Source: Calditrichia bacterium (GTDB lineage Bacteria > Calditrichota > Calditrichia > RBG-13-44-9 > J075). Taken from it: a stretch of DNA of 64,000 nt. The stretch spans positions 56,176 to 120,175 of the forward strand of contig JBOEGD010000020.1 of assembly GCA_050633245.1 (NCBI GenBank). Reading direction: 5' to 3'. Shown in pieces: positions 58,064-64,000 of the stretch. The translations under genes and the position numbers were made by a program. The stretch's first letter is position 1, and each line of letters begins with the position of its first letter. The notes under the pieces were generated by a model. That model was not told the origin of the DNA. It saw only the letters and a program-made list of their open reading frames with translations, and made no database searches.

Positions 58064-58513
58064 ATGGCTAAAGGCATTAATAAAGCAATCGTTCTTGGGC
58101 GACTCGGTTCCGACCCCGATGTGCGTCATACGCCCGGTGGTTCTACCGTGGCAAATTTCAGTGTTGCAACTAATCGCAGTTGGAAAAACAAAGATGGACA
58201 AATGGTTGATGAAACCGAATGGCATCGCATTGTAGTTTGGGGACGTCTGGCAGAGATTTGTAAAGAGTATCTTCGTAAAGGCAGTCAGGTTTATCTCGAA
58301 GGTCGCATTCAGACCCGTGACTGGGAAGATCAAAATGGGCAGAAACGCTATACGACCGAGATTGTGGCAAACGAAATGCAAATGCTCGATTCTGCTGGTG
58401 GCTCCGGCGGTGGTGGCGGTATGCGCCAGGGTGGCGATAGTAGTCAGGGTGGCTCAAGTATTTCTCCTCCGGATAATTTTGATTCGTCAAATGCTGATGA
58501 CGTGCCGTTTTAA
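58064..58513 (+). CDS. ssb: single-stranded DNA-binding protein
   Basis: '[14 protein letters not shown]', '[10 protein letters not shown]', Gly-rich linker, C-terminal DDVPF. Confidence 0.97.
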   Translation: MAKGINKAIVLGRLGSDPDVRHTPGGSTVANFSVATNRSWKNKDGQMVDETEWHRIVVWGRLAEICKEYLRKGSQVYLEGRIQTRDWEDQNGQKRYTTEIVANEMQMLDSAGGSGGGGGMRQGGDSSQGGSSISPPDNFDSSNADDVPF

Positions 58514-58635
58514 TCCACATCACTCTTTCTTAAGGCTCTCTGTATATTTTACAGGGAGCTTTTTCCCTTTTTGATCGTGTAATAGAAAATCAATTCGACT
58601 ATGTAGTAAGTGATGATGAATCCTTCGGAGTATAT

Positions 58636-59280
58636 ATGGTAAAAAATATTGTAATTCTCAGCCTGCTTTTTAGCATGACCGCGCTTTTCGGACAGATTGT
58701 AGTTACGGAAGATGACGATATCAATCAGCCACTGGCCGTGCATAAAAACGAAGGTGGATTTAGCATCTCGCTTGCCTCAAATGGCATAGGTATTGGTGGC
58801 TTTTATCGTATTGCTATGCCAAACTTCTTTTATACCGGTGTCAATCTGGAATTCTTTGTTCTTCGCGACGATAAAGAAACCGATATTGCATTTAATACTG
58901 CCTTTGGACCGCAGGTCGCAAAATTCAATGACATCAATCGCTTTTTTACCGTTCCTTTAAACGTTGAGTTGAAGAAGCGTATTTTTACCTCCAGTATCGA
59001 GAACAATTTCCGTCCACACCTGCTTGGGCAGACCGGTGTAGTCTTCGGTATGAACTTTCCGAATACTGTTCTCGTAGAGGGGGTTGAAGTTCGCCCTGAT
59101 AATCAGTACGAGATTAGCTATAACCTCGTTGGTGGAATCGGAGTGGATTTTGCAACGCGCGAAAACTATTTTGCTACGGTTCGCCTACAGTATCGCTATG
59201 TCTTGTTTAATCAGGAAATCGCCAGCAAAGAAAACCATTCTGCTATCGAGATTAAGTTTGAAATTGGTGGTCTGCGCTAG
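58636..59280 (+). CDS. exported protein, probable small outer-membrane beta-barrel
   Basis: Signal peptide; alternating amphipathic strands. Confidence 0.6.
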   Translation: MVKNIVILSLLFSMTALFGQIVVTEDDDINQPLAVHKNEGGFSISLASNGIGIGGFYRIAMPNFFYTGVNLEFFVLRDDKETDIAFNTAFGPQVAKFNDINRFFTVPLNVELKKRIFTSSIENNFRPHLLGQTGVVFGMNFPNTVLVEGVEVRPDNQYEISYNLVGGIGVDFATRENYFATVRLQYRYVLFNQEIASKENHSAIEIKFEIGGLR

Positions 59281-59465
59281 AGAGGTAATTTAAGATCCTC
59301 AGAGTGATTTGATATTTATTCCCAGCTTACTCTATGACAAAGCTGGGAATAGCTGCCCATCCCGCCCATTACTATTTTCCTCAGATTTCTGATAGTCCCT
59401 CAAAATTCAGATAAAAAATCATATTTTACAGCACCATTTTTCGTGCTTAAGCGACTTTGCCGGAA

Positions 59466-59482
59466 TTGGTAAGGTCTTTGCA
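59466..59482 (+). promoter_or_regulatory. sigma54 -24/-12 promoter
   Basis: TTGGTAAGGTCTTTGCA (GG-N10-GC), 33 bp before ATG 59516. Confidence 0.6.
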
Positions 59483-59515
59483 TAGTAAGGTGATAACGAA
59501 TTTTGAGGAAATTTT

Positions 59516-60271
59516 ATGAAATATATACTTTCATTACTTTTGATCGCAATTCTCTGTTCTTGTTCTACCGAACCCTCCTCGCAGAATGACCAGTCTATAG
59601 CGCTTCCGGCTATGCGCGAAGCAGATACTGTTACCTTGCCCGATAGTATGAAATCGATCTATGAGAGCGAAGCACTTTTCCTCGCTATGCGTGAGCACCT
59701 CAATACGCCCGGTGATACAACAATCTTTCCGAACTCTGCTTCTGTTCAGCGCTACTATAATGCGTTAATCCACGTTTTTAATGAAACAGGAGCGGTTCGT
59801 GATTCTATTATTGAAGAATACTCGGTTCGTCTTCTTCCTGAGTTCCAGCCAGGTGATCTTCTGGTTGGTATTAATACGTCTGCAAATTGGACCTCGTCCT
59901 GGCGCAATGGTTCTCGACAAACCGGCAACAGTATAATTGATAATCTAATGGATCGCTACTCTTTCCAATTGGAAAGTTACTCGCAGGTGCTGAACTATGC
60001 TCATCTGCGTTCCCCGCTAACGCTTAATGTGGTGGCTGTTGGTCAAAAGTTCGAGCAGGTTACCGGGGTTTTATATGCGGACCCCAATGGATTGATCGGC
60101 GATGGAAATAATATTACCGGGGAATCGGATAGGGAAGGGGTGCATTTAATCTACAGTGTAGGTTATGGTGATTGTCCGGCTGGCTGTACTGCCCGGCACT
60201 ATTGGGATGTCTCGGTTGATTATAGTGGCAACGTTATGTTCCTGCGCAGCTATGGACAACCGGCACCTTAA
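59516..60271 (+). CDS. hypothetical lipoprotein
   Basis: Lipobox-like 'LCSC'; C-terminal 'GYGDCPAGC..RHYW'. Confidence 0.75.
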   Translation: MKYILSLLLIAILCSCSTEPSSQNDQSIALPAMREADTVTLPDSMKSIYESEALFLAMREHLNTPGDTTIFPNSASVQRYYNALIHVFNETGAVRDSIIEEYSVRLLPEFQPGDLLVGINTSANWTSSWRNGSRQTGNSIIDNLMDRYSFQLESYSQVLNYAHLRSPLTLNVVAVGQKFEQVTGVLYADPNGLIGDGNNITGESDREGVHLIYSVGYGDCPAGCTARHYWDVSVDYSGNVMFLRSYGQPAP

Positions 60272-60331
60272 ACAGGTTTGGTTAGCAGAACTTAGTAAAG
60301 TTGACTTATTGGTAATAGCGAGGAGAGAAAA

Positions 60332-60709
60332 ATGGTTCGATGGCGTGTATTTAACTTGGTTTTGAACATGGTTATTCTGCTGTCTTTCAGTAGCTGCAAT
60401 TTATTTGATTTTTCTAAGGACTCTGTAGACGCTCGCATGATTTTCGGGAAATTGGCCATTGAAAATAATATTAGTGAACCTGTGTATTATTTTGCGGTTG
60501 GCGAGCAAACCCTAAGGCTGGTTTATGTGGCTCCAAGAATAAGTGATGAAAACAAAGTCAGACCCGGATCTAAAAAGTTGTTATCCCTGGAAGAGCTCCA
60601 TGTCGGTAAAGATGAAAACAAAATACTCGTCTTCTGGTGGCGGGCTATTGAGGAAGCGGGTGAGCTGGTGGCCGGTGATGTGCAAAAGTTGAGCGTAAAT
60701 ATCAATTAA
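60332..60709 (+). CDS. lipoprotein, paralog 1 of 3
   Basis: 'FSSC', 'DSVDAR', 'LAIENN', 'YYFAVGE'. Confidence 0.8.
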   Translation: MVRWRVFNLVLNMVILLSFSSCNLFDFSKDSVDARMIFGKLAIENNISEPVYYFAVGEQTLRLVYVAPRISDENKVRPGSKKLLSLEELHVGKDENKILVFWWRAIEEAGELVAGDVQKLSVNIN

Positions 60710-60921
60710 CTTCATTGTTCATTGCTTGTAGAGCAGGTGATTATTTTTGTTCGTTTACTGTTACTCCTGCTTATTGGACTACCTTCTGGCGTAATGTTTC
60801 TCGGCTAACCGGTAGCAGCATTGTTGATTATCTACTAGACCGCACCTTGAATTAGATGCGCGAGGAGACTTTGCTCTGGAGGTCTAATTTTCTTTTGCCC
60901 TAATAAATGAGGAGATTCAAA

Positions 60922-61299
60922 ATGTTTGGAAGTTGTCTACGATATTTGATTCTAAGCGTAATCATTATGTTTTTTGTTAGCAGCTGTAGCTTGTTCGATT
61001 CGTCTGAGGATTCGGTAGATGCCCGTATTGTCATTAATCGATTGGCTATCGAGAATAATACCGGCGAGCCTATTTACTATTTTGCAGTTGGTGAAATTAC
61101 TTCACAGCTAATCGACTGGGCTCCCTCGGTCCTTGATGAGAACAAAATCAGGCCTGGGGAAAAAGTTCTTCTGATGTTCGAAGAACTACATTTAGCCGAG
61201 GAAGATAAGAAGGTATTTGTTTACTGGTGGAACGGCATAGAAGTTACTGGCGAAGAAACTAATGGAGAGATCCATACGCTGATTGTTAAAATTAAGTAG
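60922..61299 (+). CDS. lipoprotein, paralog 2 of 3
   Basis: Same motifs; SD gaggag. Confidence 0.8.
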   Translation: MFGSCLRYLILSVIIMFFVSSCSLFDSSEDSVDARIVINRLAIENNTGEPIYYFAVGEITSQLIDWAPSVLDENKIRPGEKVLLMFEELHLAEEDKKVFVYWWNGIEVTGEETNGEIHTLIVKIK

Positions 61300-61712
61300 C
61301 GCTCTGGAAAAACGCTGACGGGTTTCTAGCGAGGTATATGTAAAGCCACTTTTAATTTTTCTCGCGGCGTTTAAAAAAAGATCTAAAATGTTTTTTATCC
61401 CCATCAGGATCGAAAAGCCCGGCTGATACTTATCCTATATTGGAGTAATGCCTCATCAATTATTTCCCTGCTAAGATTCTTGGGATGAAAGACAATTACT
61501 CCATTTTTGTTTACCAATATTAGTTGCAGAGTCGCCCAGGTATCATAAGATCTGAACATGGGAAGGCTGGTGTCTGTGGCAATTATGGCGCCACGGTAAT
61601 AGACGCGCTTTGTTTGTTCACACTTGAGGTGACCCGGACCTTAAAAAAACTTCTATAATGGCCTTTTGTATAAAATATTGAATCTCTAATATCAATGATG
61701 AGGAGAATGATT

Positions 61713-62090
61713 ATGTCCGGAACTCGCGAATTCTTTGTAATTCTGAGCGTGATTTGTTTGTTTTTGTTTAGTAGTTGCAGCTTGTTTAATTCTTCTGAAG
61801 ACTCTGTAGACGCTCGAATTGTAGTCGATCGTCTTGCGATTGAAAACAATACCAGTGAGCCTATTTATTATTTCGCCGTTGGAGAGCTTACGGCGCAGGT
61901 TTTTCGCTGGGCACCATTGGTCAGCGATGAGAATAGAATCAAGTCCGGTGAAAAAGCTCTTCTGACGTTCGAAGAGCTCTATGTGCGAGAAAACGAGGAA
62001 AAACTTTTCGTTTACTGGTGGAAGGGGGAAGAGGATTCTGGTGAAATAACCCATGGAGAGGTTCAAACGCTTACAGTTGACCTTAAGTAA
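61713..62090 (+). CDS. lipoprotein, paralog 3 of 3
   Basis: Same motifs; SD gaggag. Confidence 0.8.
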   Translation: MSGTREFFVILSVICLFLFSSCSLFNSSEDSVDARIVVDRLAIENNTSEPIYYFAVGELTAQVFRWAPLVSDENRIKSGEKALLTFEELYVRENEEKLFVYWWKGEEDSGEITHGEVQTLTVDLK

Positions 62091-62221
62091 ATTATAGATG
62101 TGCATGACCCATGACCTTACGCACAAAATGCTTAAAATGTCGGCCTGAGCATTGCCAAATGCCCTTCCCTCAATCACAGAGAGAACGCCTGGGGACGTTT
62201 AATGCCGCGAAAATTTTATTT

Positions 62222-62806
62222 TTACTTCGGGCGTTGCAAAAAGGACCGAAAGTGCTCTTCAGCGCCTTTGGGGTCGAACAGGCCGCCGGGCACTTGTTCC
62301 ACATCTGGTATCTCCCCAGCCAAGGCGTCTTCAAGAATTGCGCTGGTAAGGTATTCAGGGTGAAGTTTTGAAACAATTATCCCCTCTTTGTTAACCAGAA
62401 TAACTTGTGGAATTGCCCAGGCGTCATAAGACCTGAACATTGCAAAGCTGGTATCTGTCGCAATGATCGTGTTGAGTTTGTGTTTTTCTAAAAAAGGCGA
62501 AATGAGATTGCCGGGTTCATACGTTAATGAGATAAAGACGATATCTTTGTCGCTAAACGCTTTCACCAATTGGTTCAGATGGGGAAAGGATGCAATACAG
62601 GGAGTGCACCACGTTGCCCAAAAGTCTATCACAACGACCTTCCCTGCCAAATCACTCCAGTCATTTATTTCTACAGAATCCGGTTTGAAAACCGACAAAT
62701 GCAGATCCGGTGCCCTGTCGCCACTTGCCGGTGCTGGCGATTTCTGAGCATGTCCTGTTGATAGTAGCAAAAAACAAACGAGTGAAAATTGTAAAAGCAG
62801 CTTCAT
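62222..62806 (-). CDS. TlpA-family thioredoxin-like disulfide reductase
   Basis: Signal peptide; 'DFWATWCTPC'. Confidence 0.9.
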   Translation of the reverse strand: MKLLLQFSLVCFLLLSTGHAQKSPAPASGDRAPDLHLSVFKPDSVEINDWSDLAGKVVVIDFWATWCTPCIASFPHLNQLVKAFSDKDIVFISLTYEPGNLISPFLEKHKLNTIIATDTSFAMFRSYDAWAIPQVILVNKEGIIVSKLHPEYLTSAILEDALAGEIPDVEQVPGGLFDPKGAEEHFRSFLQRPK

Positions 62807-62846
62807 TTTAACTCCTGATCCAGAGTAGTTGATTCCTTCTTGTAAA

Positions 62847-62876
62847 TAAGACTTCGATTTGAGAAGAAAGGTTTAC
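62847..62876 (-). promoter_or_regulatory. ECF-type promoter GTAAACC-N17-GTCTTA
   Basis: Matches 53071-53100; 40 bp upstream of the TlpA start. Confidence 0.55.
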
Positions 62877-62950
62877 AAAAACTATCTGTTGTTTAGAGCA
62901 TGTTTAATTGAGAAAACGGAGGGTTGTAAAAGACCCGGAAGGCCGGGCGC

Positions 62951-64000
62951 TTAACGAAAAGGAGGCAGGCTTTTAATAGCATTAATAAGCTGTAAAAACG
63001 AAGCTTCTAATTGTTCGATATCCTGCTGTGAATAAGTACGACGGTAGTCTTCCTGCGGTTTTAGAAAATGTAGTGTGATGCTGTATGTTTGCTGTCCAGG
63101 ATACATGTGCGAGAGTAAAATAGCGTACGCCTTTATCTGCATATCATATTTCATGCCTTCCGTACTCAATTCGCTACCTACAATATTATTCGTTTTATAA
63201 TCCAGTACTTCCCATTCACCAGAATCATTTTTGAAGATTAGGTCGAGCGTTCCGGTAAAATAATCGCTTCCCAGCTTCATGGTGAGAGAGACTTCAGGTT
63301 TCCAATTCCCATCCTTAAAAATGGCTGCTGCACGAGGCGTCTTGCTAAATGGAATAATGAACTTAGGAAGTTCCTCTCTGAGCTGTTGCTGCATTGCCGA
63401 ATCGAAGACTTCATAGTAAAAGAATGCTGCTTCCATGCGCGCGTCAGCTGTTGACGCGTCTAAAACCGGCCCATGCTCCAGAATAAAGTGTACCATCTTC
63501 CCTTTTAGAAGACCGAGGTTACTGCTTGAACCTTTGGACTCGCGAATGTAATCATAATCGCTTTCAAAAAAACCTTTATGGTAGCGCTGGAAGTAAACTT
63601 TTTCATCCTTATGAAACTCCAAAAGCTGCGTTGCGGAAAATGTCTCGCCTTTTGGAGTGTCGGATTGTGGAGCGAGGGCCGTTAAGTCCTTTGGAGTGTC
63701 GGTTTGTTGCGTTTTGAGTGCTGTGCGCAAAATAGAAAGGCTTTCGCTAATTTTACCAGCTGTCGCTTTTGGCGGATTTGCCTGACTGCTACCGTCGCTA
63801 ATGTGGAAAACTACTTCGCCGTCTCGATTGATCTCTTGTCCGGCATCTTCAGGAGAAACGTTTAATACCTCCGCTGCCCAGCCAAGGCAATTGTCTTTTT
63901 CCAAGGTCGTTTTTTTATAGCTGCCTGATAAATACAGGCGGTCGCGTGCGCGAGTCGTACAAACATAAAACAGACGTTTCTTCTCCGCCAGCTGCTTCTG
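62951..64000 (-). CDS. addA: AddA/UvrD-like helicase-nuclease, C-terminal part (5' end outside the window)
   Basis: Frame open to the window end: helicase motif VI 'RLFYVCTTRARDRL'; RecB-type nuclease 'GTLDL...LDYKT...QIKAY'. Confidence 0.85.
   Translation of the reverse strand, partial: QKQLAEKKRLFYVCTTRARDRLYLSGSYKKTTLEKDNCLGWAAEVLNVSPEDAGQEINRDGEVVFHISDGSSQANPPKATAGKISESLSILRTALKTQQTDTPKDLTALAPQSDTPKGETFSATQLLEFHKDEKVYFQRYHKGFFESDYDYIRESKGSSSNLGLLKGKMVHFILEHGPVLDASTADARMEAAFFYYEVFDSAMQQQLREELPKFIIPFSKTPRAAAIFKDGNWKPEVSLTMKLGSDYFTGTLDLIFKNDSGEWEVLDYKTNNIVGSELSTEGMKYDMQIKAYAILLSHMYPGQQTYSITLHFLKPQEDYRRTYSQQDIEQLEASFLQLINAIKSLPPFR

Noticed and set aside
62951-63904. Stand-alone Cas4 or restriction nuclease
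   Set aside because: The frame continues upstream into UvrD helicase motif VI, so this is the nuclease tail of an AddA-like protein.

Overview
A gene-dense bacterial chromosomal window with about 55 protein genes. I found no rRNA, tRNA, CRISPR array, transposase, integrase or phage genes. The gene repertoire suggests an FCB-group diderm such as Calditrichota or KSB1 (inference): a 'NFPNPFNP' FlgD/sorting-type C-terminal domain, a propeller sensor kinase, a Lnb/DUF4105 protein, a DUF5916 protein and a tricorn protease. From left to right: a cell-surface glycosylation cluster (MATE, GT-C-like membrane protein, two CDP-tyvelose-epimerase-like SDRs, GT2); housekeeping genes (Tex, CNNM/CBS, CCA/polyA polymerase, Yip1-TolC, DEAD-box helicase, Csp, aminotransferase, HldD, Ung, tricorn, TruC); an accessory stretch (hydrolase-ECF-anti-sigma, OPT, MFS, a secreted GH-A-like enzyme); a propeller histidine kinase/NarL pair with DUF2279, lipoprotein and DUF1207 genes; Ssb; three paralogous lipoproteins; and the 3' end of an AddA/UvrD helicase-nuclease. 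The main structures missed by the ORF track are: (i) intergenic 7-bp-period arrays, often as inverted pairs, one pair enclosing a decayed four-helix-bundle (IVP/bAvd-like) gene; (ii) GTAG-type REP palindromes and a 49-bp BIME-like tandem repeat; (iii) recurrent candidate regulatory motifs (sigma54-like, ECF-like, NarL palindromes); (iv) a 28-aa small-protein locus. An unknown protein in the track also ends in a beta-clamp-binding motif. All product calls come from motif recognition by eye, not from database searches.
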